A stretch of 64,000 bases of DNA from an uncultured bacterium. Lineage in GTDB: Bacteria > Patescibacteriota > Andersenbacteria > UBA10190 > CAIZMI01. The stretch spans positions 17,588 to 81,587 of the forward strand of contig CAIKKP010000057.1 in assembly GCA_903828055.1 (NCBI GenBank), given 5' to 3'. This document shows, piece by piece, positions 1 to 8,157 of the stretch (position 1 is the stretch's first letter; each line of letters opens with the position of its first letter). The notes under the pieces were generated by a model. It searched no databases and was not told where the DNA came from. It saw nothing but the letters and a program-made list of their open reading frames with translations. Made by a program: the position numbers and the translations under genes.

Positions 1-830
1 ATATCAGTAACGATTCAGTGCAAATGTATTTGAGAGAAATTGGTAAAGTTCCGTTGCTTCGTTCCGAAGACGAAGTGGAATTGGCAAAGCGCGCAGAGAA
101 AGGTGACCAAGAAGCACGTAAACGTTTGGCAGAAGCCAATTTGCGTTTGGTGGTTTCGATTGCTAAAAAATATACCGGTCGCAAAAATCTTTCTTTGCTC
201 GATTTGATTCAAGAAGGTAATTTGGGCTTGTTTAGAGCCGTCGATAAATTTGATTATCGTCGTGGATATAAGTTTTCTACATATGGTACTTGGTGGATTC
301 GCCAAGCGATTACACGCGCATTAGCCGATCAGTCTCGTACTATTCGTATTCCGGTGCACATGGTGGAAACAATTAATAAGTTTACCCAAGTTCAACGTCG
401 TTTGCTTCAGGATCTTGGTCGTGACCCATTGCCGGAAGAAATCGCAGTGGAGATGAAACTCCCGGTCGACAAGATCCAACACATCATGAAGATCTCGCAA
501 GAAACGGTGTCTATTGATCAGACGGTTGGTGACGATGAGGAAGACTCAACCCTTGGTGACTTTATTGAAGACGAAGAAGCAGTAACGCCGGAACAAGCCG
601 CCTCCCGTGAAATTTTGAGTGAGCATGTCATGGAAGTATTATCCGACCTCGCCGCTCGTGAACAAAAAATTCTTGAAATGCGTTTTGGTTTGAAAGATGG
701 TATTCATCATACTTTGGAAGAAGTCGGAAAAGAATTCGACGTCACGCGCGAACGTATCCGTCAAATCGAAGCCAAAGCCCTCGAAAAAATCCGCCAACAC
801 CGAACCCTTCGCAAACTTCGAGACTACTAA
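1..830 (+). CDS. rpoD: RNA polymerase sigma-70 factor RpoD, C-terminal part (5-prime end lies outside the window)
   Basis: ORF 18..830, in frame from the window start; conserved sigma regions 2-4 (…[40 protein letters not shown]…; C-terminal [27 protein letters not shown]). Confidence 0.93.
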   Translation, partial: ISNDSVQMYLREIGKVPLLRSEDEVELAKRAEKGDQEARKRLAEANLRLVVSIAKKYTGRKNLSLLDLIQEGNLGLFRAVDKFDYRRGYKFSTYGTWWIRQAITRALADQSRTIRIPVHMVETINKFTQVQRRLLQDLGRDPLPEEIAVEMKLPVDKIQHIMKISQETVSIDQTVGDDEEDSTLGDFIEDEEAVTPEQAASREILSEHVMEVLSDLAAREQKILEMRFGLKDGIHHTLEEVGKEFDVTRERIRQIEAKALEKIRQHRTLRKLRDY

Positions 831-840
831 TAAAACACCT

Positions 841-865
841 GTCATTCCCGCCACAAGCGGGAATC
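841..865. repeat. GC hairpin TTCCCGC-cacaa-GCGGGAA just after rpoD; member of a small hairpin family (also at 44925-45008, 50088-50152, 55129-55195)
   Basis: Perfect 7-bp inverted repeat immediately after the rpoD stop. Related copies occur at the other gene ends listed. Confidence 0.6.
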
Positions 866-1013
866 AGTGTGGATTCCGTCTTTGCGAGCCATCCGCCCAA
901 CTGGCGGAGGCGAAGCAATCTTCGAGTGTATTTTTAATGTTGCGAATTTTAAGTTTTTAAGCTACATTCATCCTACTGCGAGGCACTCGCAATGTTCCTT
1001 TTAAGAGTAATAT

Positions 1014-1516
1014 TCCCGGGTAGCTCAATGGCAGAGCAACTGGCTGTTCACTCTGAGCTTGTCGAAGAGTCGGCAAGGTAGAGAGTCGGCAGCTTTACTC
1101 CGTAAGGAGTATCGAAGAACTGGGTGAATTCGGAGAACGCCTCCATTTAAGAACTTCTTTTGCCCGTCGCACATTGTGCGAACGCAGCAATCTCCCGTTG
1201 TTTTTAAATCGGCCAACCCCGAGCCGTGCCTTTGTTAAAAGGAAAGAGGACAGACAAACTGGTTCCGTTGGAACTGGAAGGCCTGCCCTCCGTAGCCTTG
1301 GCGAAGGAGGGTGTAGAGACTATCTCGCAAGAGAGTACTCCGCGTGCAAACGCGGCGGAAGCGCCTAGCTCCATCAACAACGTCTTTGCGAGCCATCATC
1401 TGCAGATGAGGCGAAGCAATCTCGACGTTGAGCGGAGATGATATAGTCCACTCCATTATGAAAATAATGGGTCAAGTGTAACCAGTAGGTTGTCGGTTCG
1501 AGTCCGACCCCGGGAG
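1014..1516 (+). tRNA. Intron-containing tRNA, most likely tRNA-Asn(GUU); exons 1014-1047 and 1479-1516 separated by a 431-nt insertion in the anticodon loop
   Basis: 5-prime exon: TCCCGGG (acceptor), TA, GCTC (D-stem), D-loop, GAGC, A, ACTGG (anticodon stem), CUGU. 3-prime exon: UAA, CCAGT (anticodon stem), AGGTT (variable), GTCGG-TTCGAGT-CCGAC (T-arm), CCCGGGA (acceptor), G (discriminator). The joined loop CUGUUAA gives anticodon GUU. An alternative splice junction would give UGU. Confidence 0.7.
1048..1478 (+). other. Putative group I self-splicing intron in the tRNA anticodon loop (no homing-endonuclease ORF)
   Basis: The insertion starts after the U that closes the 5-prime exon and ends on G1478 (candidate omega-G). 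Candidate P7 strands are GACTA (about 1319) and TAGTC (about 1445). A P9-like hairpin CCATTATG-aaa-ATAATGG lies just before the 3-prime end. GGCAGC (1087-1092) could act as an internal guide pairing with GCUGU of the 5-prime exon. Confidence 0.5.
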
Positions 1517-1527
1517 CAGATAAAAAT

Positions 1528-1557
1528 AAAAGTCCCTAGCATGGGGCTTTTATTTTT
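1528..1557 (+). terminator. Rho-independent terminator after the tRNA
   Basis: AAAGTCCC-tagcat-GGGGCTTT stem followed by a U-tract. Confidence 0.6.
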
Positions 1558-1697
1558 ATCTTCCCAGGAGCAAACAACTGCTTGTTTGTGTGTTGGACTC
1601 GAAGCGCGCAGCGATGTTTTTGTTTGTCCGAAGGACAAGGCAAAAACCGCGAGCGGCGGCCTGCGAGAAATTTCCGTCAGGAAATTTACTTGTAGGC

Positions 1698-1775
1698 GAG
1701 TCCGACCCCGGGAGCTAACGAAAAATACCGCTAAACATGGCGGTATTTTTGTATACCAAGGTCGGGGTTTCGAAC
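1698..1775 (+). repeat. Cassette-array repeat unit U0 (3-prime part only): second copy of the tRNA 3-prime end + terminator + GTCGGGGTTTCGAAC core
   Basis: GAGTCCGACCCCGGGAGC duplicates the tRNA T-stem/acceptor 3-prime end. It is followed by the AAAATACCGC-taaacatg-GCGGTATTTT terminator and by GTATACCAAGGTCGGGGTTTCGAAC, as in units U1-U4. Confidence 0.75.
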
Positions 1776-1803
1776 CAATAAATCACATTAATTATAAACC
1801 GCG

Positions 1804-2214
1804 CTAAGTAGATTTTTGAGATTTCTGGCACTTCGGGCAGATTCCCTCAAGTTCGATTGTGTGGCGTTTAATAATATAGCCGGTAATACGACTCAATTTT
1901 ACTTCGTTAAAGTTAACATCGGATTCTTTAAGATCAGTAAAAGAACCACAGATTTCACATACGATATGATGATGGTGGGGCATATCAGCCCATTCGTATC
2001 TACTACCGCGTTCTCGCCAGTCAATATGTATAATTTTGCTCTCTTTCTCCAAACGGCTGACATTGCGGAAAACAGTTGAATAGGATGTTTTGGGGAGAGA
2101 GATTCTTACATAGTTAAATACTTCCTGCAAAGATATTGGTTTTTGCATTGTTTGAAAGATGTGGGTGATTAGTTTTTTAGTTTTTGTTTCTCTGGGTTTG
2201 ATAATGTGGGGCAT
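1804..2214 (-). CDS. zur: Fur-family transcriptional regulator, probably zinc uptake regulator Zur
   Basis: Winged-helix N-terminus, HHHH-x-C-x2-C and C-x2-C metal sites; divergent from znuACB. The listed start (2232) is TTG; an ATG at 2214 is used here. Confidence 0.8.
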   Translation of the reverse strand: MPHIIKPRETKTKKLITHIFQTMQKPISLQEVFNYVRISLPKTSYSTVFRNVSRLEKESKIIHIDWRERGSRYEWADMPHHHHIVCEICGSFTDLKESDVNFNEVKLSRITGYIIKRHTIELEGICPKCQKSQKST

Positions 2215-2241
2215 AAAAATGATATTAGGCAATAATGCATG

Positions 2242-2264
2242 TTATTGCAAGTTAGTTGCAATAA
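2242..2264. promoter_or_regulatory. Candidate Zur operator: perfect palindrome TTATTGCAA-gttag-TTGCAATAA in the zur/znuA divergent intergenic region
   Basis: 9-bp perfect inverted repeat arms with a 5-nt spacer, between the divergent zur and znuA starts. Confidence 0.5.
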
Positions 2265-2311
2265 GGATTGGTATTTTGTATTATCACCTTATTCAATTTT
2301 TTAATAAACAT

Positions 2312-3313
2312 ATGAGGAAAAATTATCTTATAATTTCTGGTATAGTCCTAATAATTTTAGTTGTTACAATTTTAGGTTTAAGCATGAGACCTAAAGATTT
2401 TCAAAAAAATGAAGGGGGAAAGATAAAAATAGTAACCACTCTATTTCCACTTTATGATTTTGCTAAAAATATTGGCCAGGACAAAGTGGAGATTTCACTT
2501 CTACTACCGCCCGGGGTTGAAGCACACACCTTTGAGCCAAAACCAAGTGATATTGTAAAAATCAATGAATCAGGGCTTTTTGTTTATACCGGAAAATTCA
2601 TGGAGCCATGGGCTGAAGATATTATCAAAGGTGTTACAAACAAAAATGTAAAGGTTGTTGATTCGAGCTTGGGCATAGAAATGATGGCTGAGGCAGAAGG
2701 TGCTCATGAAGGTGAGGCAGAAGGAGCGCATGCAGACGAACATGGCGCCGAAGCAGAAGAAGTCGGTCATGAGCACGGCGGAGTTGATCCGCACATATGG
2801 CTTGATTTTGATAATAATATAATCATGGTTGATAGCATAGTGAAAGCACTCTCAGAAAAAGATCCTACCAACGCTAATTTTTATCAAAAAAATGCAGATG
2901 AATACAAGAATAAATTGGCGCAATTAGATAATCGGTATAAATCCGGATTAACAAAATGCGAAAGCAAGGAGATTGTTTATGGCGGACATTATGCCTTTGG
3001 TTATTTGGGTAAAAGATACGGTTTGGCTTATGAGTCAGCGTATGGTATTTCTCCAGATTCAGAGCCATCAGCACAGGATTTGGCAAAACTCATTGAACAA
3101 ATCAAAAAAGAAAAAATCAAATATGTATTTTTTGAAGAGTTAGTCAGTCCAAAAGTTGCCGAAACCCTTGCCAAGGAAACTGGCACCGGACTGTTGCTTC
3201 TTAACCCGGCTCACAATCTCACCAAAAAAGATTTTGAAAATAATGTTTCCTTTCTCTCTATTATGGAAAAAAACTTAACTAATTTGAAAACTGGGTTACA
3301 ATGTAACAATTAG
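2312..3313 (+). CDS. znuA: Zinc ABC transporter substrate-binding protein ZnuA (His/Glu-rich loop)
   Basis: ZnuA/TroA-like fold with a His-rich insert HEGEAEGAHADEHGAEAEEVGHEHGG. Start chosen at the ATG (2312) that follows the TM/signal segment. Confidence 0.85.
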   Translation: MRKNYLIISGIVLIILVVTILGLSMRPKDFQKNEGGKIKIVTTLFPLYDFAKNIGQDKVEISLLLPPGVEAHTFEPKPSDIVKINESGLFVYTGKFMEPWAEDIIKGVTNKNVKVVDSSLGIEMMAEAEGAHEGEAEGAHADEHGAEAEEVGHEHGGVDPHIWLDFDNNIIMVDSIVKALSEKDPTNANFYQKNADEYKNKLAQLDNRYKSGLTKCESKEIVYGGHYAFGYLGKRYGLAYESAYGISPDSEPSAQDLAKLIEQIKKEKIKYVFFEELVSPKVAETLAKETGTGLLLLNPAHNLTKKDFENNVSFLSIMEKNLTNLKTGLQCNN

Positions 3314-3315
3314 GC

Positions 3316-4068
3316 ATGTCGATTGTTATTGAAGTAGACAATATCACTGTTAGCTACGGTCAGAGTGAGGCAATAAAGAATGTTTCATTCGAGATACAAA
3401 GTGGGGATTTTGTCGGTCTTGTTGGGTCAAATGGTGCAGGTAAAACAACACTGATAAAAGCGTTACTTGGATTGCTTCCAATATCTAGCGGTGAAATAAA
3501 GATTTTTGAGCAGAAAATAAAACAATTTAATCGATGGGATAAAATTGATTATTTGCCTCAAAATATCAAATCCATCAATCCGCTTTTTCCAGCTACGGTT
3601 GAGGAAGTAGTGTTTTTAGGGCTTCTGTCTTCAAAAAAATTTCCTAGGCATTTTTCACCTAATGACAAGTTGAGAGTAGAAGAGACATTGGGCTATATGC
3701 GTATAAACAACTTAAAAGACAAAGCTATATCGGAATTATCCGGGGGACAGCAACAACGAGTTTTGATTGCGCGCGCGCTTGTTTCAAAGCCGGAAATATT
3801 AATTTTAGATGAACCAACGGCGGCTCTTGATTCGAAATCAAGGGACGAGCTCATGAAATTAATCAAAAAACTCAATTGTGATTTTGGTATAACAATAATT
3901 TTGATTACGCATGATACAAATATTGTTTGTGAGTATGCGAGTAAGCTGATGTATTTAGACAGAAGAATGGTATTTTTTGGTGGAGTAAAGGAGTTCTATG
4001 AGAAATATAATCACGGTGAATTGTTGGATGAATATGGGAAACATTTAATTAGTCATCAACTTAAGTAA
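3316..4068 (+). CDS. znuC: Zinc ABC transporter ATP-binding protein ZnuC
   Basis: Walker A GSNGAGKTT, signature LSGGQQQRV, Walker B ILILDEPTAALD. Confidence 0.9.
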   Translation: MSIVIEVDNITVSYGQSEAIKNVSFEIQSGDFVGLVGSNGAGKTTLIKALLGLLPISSGEIKIFEQKIKQFNRWDKIDYLPQNIKSINPLFPATVEEVVFLGLLSSKKFPRHFSPNDKLRVEETLGYMRINNLKDKAISELSGGQQQRVLIARALVSKPEILILDEPTAALDSKSRDELMKLIKKLNCDFGITIILITHDTNIVCEYASKLMYLDRRMVFFGGVKEFYEKYNHGELLDEYGKHLISHQLK

Positions 4069-4883
4069 TGAATATGGACATAATAAGTTTCTTGCAGTAT
4101 TCGTTTATCCAGAAAGCATTCTTTGCAGGATCTTTTGTGGCGGTTACTTGTTCCGTTCTTGGCTTGTTCTTAGTGTTGCGAAAAATGTCGCTGATCGGTG
4201 ATGGGCTTTCTCACGTAAGCTTCGGAGCGATCGCTCTTGGTTTATTTCTTGGCATTTATCCTTTCTATGTTGCTGTGCCGGTAGTGATGCTTGCGTCAAT
4301 TGTGATTTTGAAGATTAGCGAGAAAGCAAAGATTTATGGAGATTCGGCGATTGGTATTGTGTCGGCTGTCGGTATTGCCGGAGGTGTAATTTTAGCTAGT
4401 GTTTCTAAGGGCTTTAATGTCGACCTGTTTAGCTATCTTTTTGGCAACATATTAGCGATCAGTAATACTGAAGTTGTTTTGTCAGTTATACTTTCTTTTG
4501 TTGTTCTTGTGGTTATTTATTTCTTCTACTGGGATTTATTTTCCGCCACATTTGATGAAGAGTATGCCAAAACAACAGGGATAAAGACAAATTTCATTAA
4601 CATACTTCTTACATTGCTCACGGCAGTAACTGTTGTTTTGTCTGTTAAGATGGTTGGAATAATGTTGGTGTCGGCGTTGCTTATTTTGCCTGCGGTTACG
4701 GCGCTTCAGCTGGCTAAAGGTTTCAAGGTGGCCATGATTATTGGGTGTTTTGTATCGTTATTTTCGGTTTTATTTGGCATAACGTTGTCGTTTTTCCTTG
4801 ATTTGCCAAGCGGGGCAACTATTGTGATGATAAATGCGATATTGTTTTTTCTTGCGATTACTTACAAAAAGTTTGTTGCATAG
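4068..4883 (+). CDS. znuB: Zinc ABC transporter permease ZnuB
   Basis: ABC-3 family polytopic permease; start overlaps the znuC stop. Confidence 0.88.
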   Translation: MNMDIISFLQYSFIQKAFFAGSFVAVTCSVLGLFLVLRKMSLIGDGLSHVSFGAIALGLFLGIYPFYVAVPVVMLASIVILKISEKAKIYGDSAIGIVSAVGIAGGVILASVSKGFNVDLFSYLFGNILAISNTEVVLSVILSFVVLVVIYFFYWDLFSATFDEEYAKTTGIKTNFINILLTLLTAVTVVLSVKMVGIMLVSALLILPAVTALQLAKGFKVAMIIGCFVSLFSVLFGITLSFFLDLPSGATIVMINAILFFLAITYKKFVA

Positions 4884-4932
4884 TAGCAATGTGTTCGTAT
4901 TTCACAAAATTTAGAGCATCCAAAGACATCTG

Positions 4933-5081
4933 AACAATAGTGTAGTCAGGGGTGGGGTAAACCGATTTTCTTGGTAAAACTCATCATTCTGGTTCGGTAG
5001 TCCACCGACCCTCGGAGCCGCATCTTAAATAATCGCTAATAATCGCGGTTATTTTTGTATACCAAAGTCGGGGTTTCGAAC
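4933..5081 (+). repeat. Cassette-array repeat unit U1 (full: 5-prime motif + tRNA-3-prime-end-like segment + terminator + GTCGGGGTTTCGAAC)
   Basis: Contains AACAATAGTGTAGTCAGGGGTGGGGTAAAC, then ATTCTGGTTCGGTAGTCCACCGACCCTCGGAGC, the AATAATCGC/GCGGTTATT terminator, and GTATACCAAAGTCGGGGTTTCGAAC. Confidence 0.8.
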
Positions 5082-5130
5082 TGATAATAAATTGGAACTA
5101 TATACAAAATTGTGTTTTAATTAAGTAATC

Positions 5131-5874
5131 ATGAACATCAAACAACAATTCACAACAGTCACACGATTATCAAAAATCGTGGCATCAATATTATTTATTG
5201 CGTTGCCGTTTATTGGTTTTTATTTGGGGATGAAGTATGAAGAATCTATTTTAGCTTATCAGCCGACTATTATTGTTACTCCACAATCCAGAGAATTATC
5301 TCAGTCGCAAGTTGCTCCAATAGATTCGGAAAAACAGAGACAAACTGAAATTGACACTACGGAATGGAAAACTTTAAAAAACAAGTTTGGTTGGAGTATT
5401 AAATATCCACCAACGTGGGAGGCCTCAGGCCAGCACAATGTTATTGCTGAAGACTTTGTTGCACCAATTATCCAAGGACCAAAAGGTTGTTATAAGAATA
5501 AAGCAGAATGTGGAAGCATTCAGGTTGATGTACCATCGGCTATGACAGACATTTATAAAAATGTGTCGCCTAGTCAATACGAACTAGAAAAGTTTAAAAA
5601 TGCCCCGTTCCAAATATTAAAAAATCAAAATGAATCATTAGTCAATGGTAACCCTGCATTCGAAGTGACATATTTGATTAGTAATGATGGTCAATTTCCA
5701 AATGGAAGATATGTTAAGGAAATAGCAATCAAACATAAAGAAGATATTTACGTAATTAGTTATGACGCAGGATCTAATGATTCTTCGGGTAGAGGAATTA
5801 CGGGTTTACCAGAGGATTGGCAGCTTGCTCCTGTTTTTGGGAAAATGCTCTCAACATTGAAATTTTCAGAATAG
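5131..5874 (+). CDS. Hypothetical N-terminally membrane-anchored protein (cassette gene)
   Basis: 247-aa ORF with one N-terminal TM segment; no recognisable family. Confidence 0.6.
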   Translation: MNIKQQFTTVTRLSKIVASILFIALPFIGFYLGMKYEESILAYQPTIIVTPQSRELSQSQVAPIDSEKQRQTEIDTTEWKTLKNKFGWSIKYPPTWEASGQHNVIAEDFVAPIIQGPKGCYKNKAECGSIQVDVPSAMTDIYKNVSPSQYELEKFKNAPFQILKNQNESLVNGNPAFEVTYLISNDGQFPNGRYVKEIAIKHKEDIYVISYDAGSNDSSGRGITGLPEDWQLAPVFGKMLSTLKFSE

Positions 5875-5897
5875 TATTACTATCAATAATTGTGAAA

Positions 5898-6041
5898 ACA
5901 ATAGTGTAGTCAGGGGTAGGGTAAACAAACATGCTTGTTTATAGGCATCATTCTGGTTCGGTAGTCCACTGACCCTCGGAGCATCTGAAATAATCGCTAT
6001 AATTAGCGGTTATTTTTGTATACCCAGGTCGGCCATCGAAC
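5898..6041 (+). repeat. Cassette-array repeat unit U2 (full)
   Basis: Same architecture as U1 (GGGGTAGGG variant; 3-prime core GGTCGGCCATCGAAC). Confidence 0.8.
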
Positions 6042-6132
6042 CAAAATATGGCAGTATTGACATTTTGATTAATTACAATTATAATTCAGTGTTCTTTGTT
6101 GCCTTGTTACCTCAAAATGAAGAGGAAGAAAA

Positions 6133-6489
6133 ATGCCTCAAAAAGTAAGGTTTTGTGTCGACTGCCTAAGCGACGTCGGGGTTAACGCTGTCATTAGTGC
6201 TTTGGGAGAAATGTCTGGTGACAAGTACTGTCCGGGTTTAATGAAGAAAGACGTTAAGAGGCGCAGCGATCGAAAATTGGAGTACAGAGTTAAGTCACAA
6301 CAGGGAATGGTTGATTCTGTCGAACTAGAAGAAGCAAATCCTTGGCGCGTGACTGTCGAAGGTGATGTACAAGCAGTTCGACGTTTCGCAGGGCTAGTCT
6401 GTTTCGTTTGCGGTCCAGAGTATGTGGTGCAGTATGATGGCACCGAGACAACTGCACTACAAGCGTCTCTTCCGGCTGCTACCTCCTGA
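6133..6489 (+). CDS. Hypothetical Cys-rich protein (GC-rich cassette gene)
   Basis: 118-aa ORF with RBS GAAGAGGAAG and its own terminator; roughly 50% GC against a roughly 38% background. Confidence 0.55.
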   Translation: MPQKVRFCVDCLSDVGVNAVISALGEMSGDKYCPGLMKKDVKRRSDRKLEYRVKSQQGMVDSVELEEANPWRVTVEGDVQAVRRFAGLVCFVCGPEYVVQYDGTETTALQASLPAATS

Positions 6490-6512
6490 GACAGAATTGT
6501 CCTGTCCATGCT

Positions 6513-6541
6513 CTCCGACCTCGCAAGGGGTCGGTTTTTTG
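6513..6541 (+). terminator. Rho-independent terminator
   Basis: CCGACC-tcgcaa-GGGGTCGG followed by T6. Confidence 0.7.
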
Positions 6542-6558
6542 TTTACGAAAAATTTCTA

Positions 6559-6703
6559 AACAATAGTGCAGTCAGTGGCGGGGTAACGTAATCTTCTTCT
6601 TAGAATCCATAATTCTGGTTCGGTAGTCCACCGACCCTCGGAGCATCTTAAATAATCGCTAACTACAGCGGTTATTTTTGTATATCCAAGTCGACCATTG
6701 AAC
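6559..6703 (+). repeat. Cassette-array repeat unit U3 (full)
   Basis: AACAATAGTGCAGTCAGTGGCGGGGTAAC … TTCTGGTTCGGTAGTCCACCGACCCTCGGAGC … terminator … GTCGACCATTGAAC. Confidence 0.8.
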
Positions 6704-6770
6704 TAGAGTATTTGTTTTATATCCTGTTGGCTGAATTGATACTAAAAGAAATATCTGACATAATTATTTC

Positions 6771-7229
6771 ATGGAACGAAATGCAAATGGTATTCAGCCT
6801 AGGCCATCCGTTGGCTTGGGAATTTATATATTCAATGAAGAAGGTAAAGTCCTGTTAGGTAAAAGAAAAAGTTCGCATGGGTCAGGTGAATATGCGGCTC
6901 CCGGTGGGCACTTGGAATTTGGAGAATCCTTTGAAGAAGGTTGTAAAAAAGAGGTTAAGGAAGAGACTGATCTAGATATTAGAGAAATTGAATTTTTTGA
7001 TGTTCAAAACAATCTTCGTTATGTAGAAACCAAAGGAAAACATTACGTGACCCTATCATTCAAGGCGCATTTTTTTAGTGGAACACCAAAAGTAACTGAA
7101 CCCGAAAAGTGTGAGTCTTGGGATTGGTATTCTTTGGACGCTTTACCTTCCCCTTTATCTGAGTTTGCTGAGGTTGCATTAGCTAAATTGAGGAGTGGAA
7201 TAGTTGGCGAACCTCATTCAAATTTGTAG
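6771..7229 (+). CDS. NUDIX hydrolase
   Basis: Nudix box GGHLEFGESFEEGCKKEVKEETDL. Confidence 0.85.
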   Translation: MERNANGIQPRPSVGLGIYIFNEEGKVLLGKRKSSHGSGEYAAPGGHLEFGESFEEGCKKEVKEETDLDIREIEFFDVQNNLRYVETKGKHYVTLSFKAHFFSGTPKVTEPEKCESWDWYSLDALPSPLSEFAEVALAKLRSGIVGEPHSNL

Positions 7230-7242
7230 ATATTATTCCCAA

Positions 7243-7389
7243 ACAATAGTGTAGTCAGGGGGGGGTAAACATACGATTCTCTTCTGTGTGCTCATTATTC
7301 TGGTTCGGTAGAGCACCGACCCTCGGAGCATCTGAAATAATCGCTAACTACAGCGGTTATTTTTGTATACAAAAGTTGGGGTTTCGAAC
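7243..7389 (+). repeat. Cassette-array repeat unit U4 (full; G9 run replaces GGGGTGGGG)
   Basis: AACAATAGTGTAGTCAGGGGGGGGGTAAAC … GGTTCGGTAGAGCACCGACCCTCGGAGC … terminator … GTTGGGGTTTCGAAC. Confidence 0.8.
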
Positions 7390-7433
7390 CAGGAATTAAG
7401 ACATTTTTAACAAGATTTTGTCATAATTTTAAT

Positions 7434-7462
7434 TTGACAAGAACTGTCACTTGTGCTATCAT
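7434..7462 (+). promoter_or_regulatory. Sigma-70-like promoter (TTGACA, 17 bp, TATCAT) for the GC-rich two-gene cassette
   Basis: Consensus -35 with a near-consensus -10 at ideal spacing, about 110 nt upstream of the 7573 start. Confidence 0.5.
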
Positions 7463-7572
7463 TCTATGTTCACTATGCAGGTTTTCTGCATCGTGCAACG
7501 GGTTCTTTTCACAAGGAAAACTCAGGCTTGATGTTTTCCAGGCACGCGTTTCAATGAAAGGAGCGCAGGATC

Positions 7573-8157
7573 ATGGCTCAAGGCAAACGAGTCAAAGGCT
7601 TTGTCGTAGGTCACGACAAAAAAGGTCAGATGGAAGTCTGGAAGGTGCGAGTGAAAGACCAGTCTTCTCATCATGATGGAAGTAAGTTCGAGGTTGCATC
7701 CGTGCATCCAGGAGTCGAACTGAAACCGTCAACCGACGTCACGTTTCGAATCGAACCCCTTCAGGTCGAAGGTGAGTTTGTGCTGAAAGCCGTTGATGTC
7801 GCCACTGGAACGGTTACTACCGAACCCAGTCGGCAGCCAGTGCGGAGCAAGTCGGAAGGATCACCCACGATGTTCGTGTGTGTGACCGAAATGGTCAGTA
7901 CTGGTGACGTTAATGTGTTTCTTACAGGATTTGAGGACATCCAAGAGGCTCGATCGCAAATCGATGAGACAACAGAGCGCGTGCTCGGGTTGCTCGGAAT
8001 TGATCTGCAACCGCCGCATCTTGGTTCTGAAGAACTGACAGGTCTCGAAATCATCGAACGTTTGTCCTGGGTGGACACCACGCGCGATGCGATTGAGTAT
8101 TTGTTAGCAGAGGTCTTCAAGTTCGGCCAGACAATCTCCGAAATGAAGGGTCAATGA
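7573..8157 (+). CDS. Hypothetical protein (GC-rich, likely foreign)
   Basis: 194-aa ORF with RBS AAAGGAG; roughly 55% GC; translationally coupled (ATGA) to the next ORF. Confidence 0.6.
   Translation: MAQGKRVKGFVVGHDKKGQMEVWKVRVKDQSSHHDGSKFEVASVHPGVELKPSTDVTFRIEPLQVEGEFVLKAVDVATGTVTTEPSRQPVRSKSEGSPTMFVCVTEMVSTGDVNVFLTGFEDIQEARSQIDETTERVLGLLGIDLQPPHLGSEELTGLEIIERLSWVDTTRDAIEYLLAEVFKFGQTISEMKGQ

Noticed and set aside
15-305. Antisense ORF (96 aa) inside rpoD, and many similar 60-140-aa antisense or embedded ORFs throughout the track (for example 639..854, 2570..2794, 3693..3875, 9925..10255, 14293..14781, 20109..20669, 32043..33248, 43466..44186, 45517..46364, 46474..47273, 57937..58272, 58956..59531)
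   Set aside because: They lie entirely within, and opposite to or out of frame with, strongly supported conserved genes. They lack RBS/terminator context and show no family signatures. Treated as frame noise.
1174-1456. ORFs inside the tRNA intron (1174..1368+, 1226..1441+, 1235..1456-) as possible homing endonucleases
   Set aside because: No LAGLIDADG, GIY-YIG, HNH or His-Cys box motifs. The 431-nt intron is too small to host a homing-endonuclease gene, and the ORFs overlap predicted core helices.
1456-1807. ORFs 1456..1638(-) and 1490..1807(+) spanning the tRNA 3-prime end, terminators and repeat unit U0
   Set aside because: The region is accounted for by the tRNA exon, two terminator hairpins and the tRNA-3-prime-end duplication. 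The translations are low-complexity.
6138-6509. Minus-strand ORF (123 aa) opposite 6133..6489
   Set aside because: The plus-strand ORF has a good RBS and is followed by a plus-orientation terminator. The minus ORF is Ser/Thr-rich low complexity typical of an antisense frame in GC-rich DNA.
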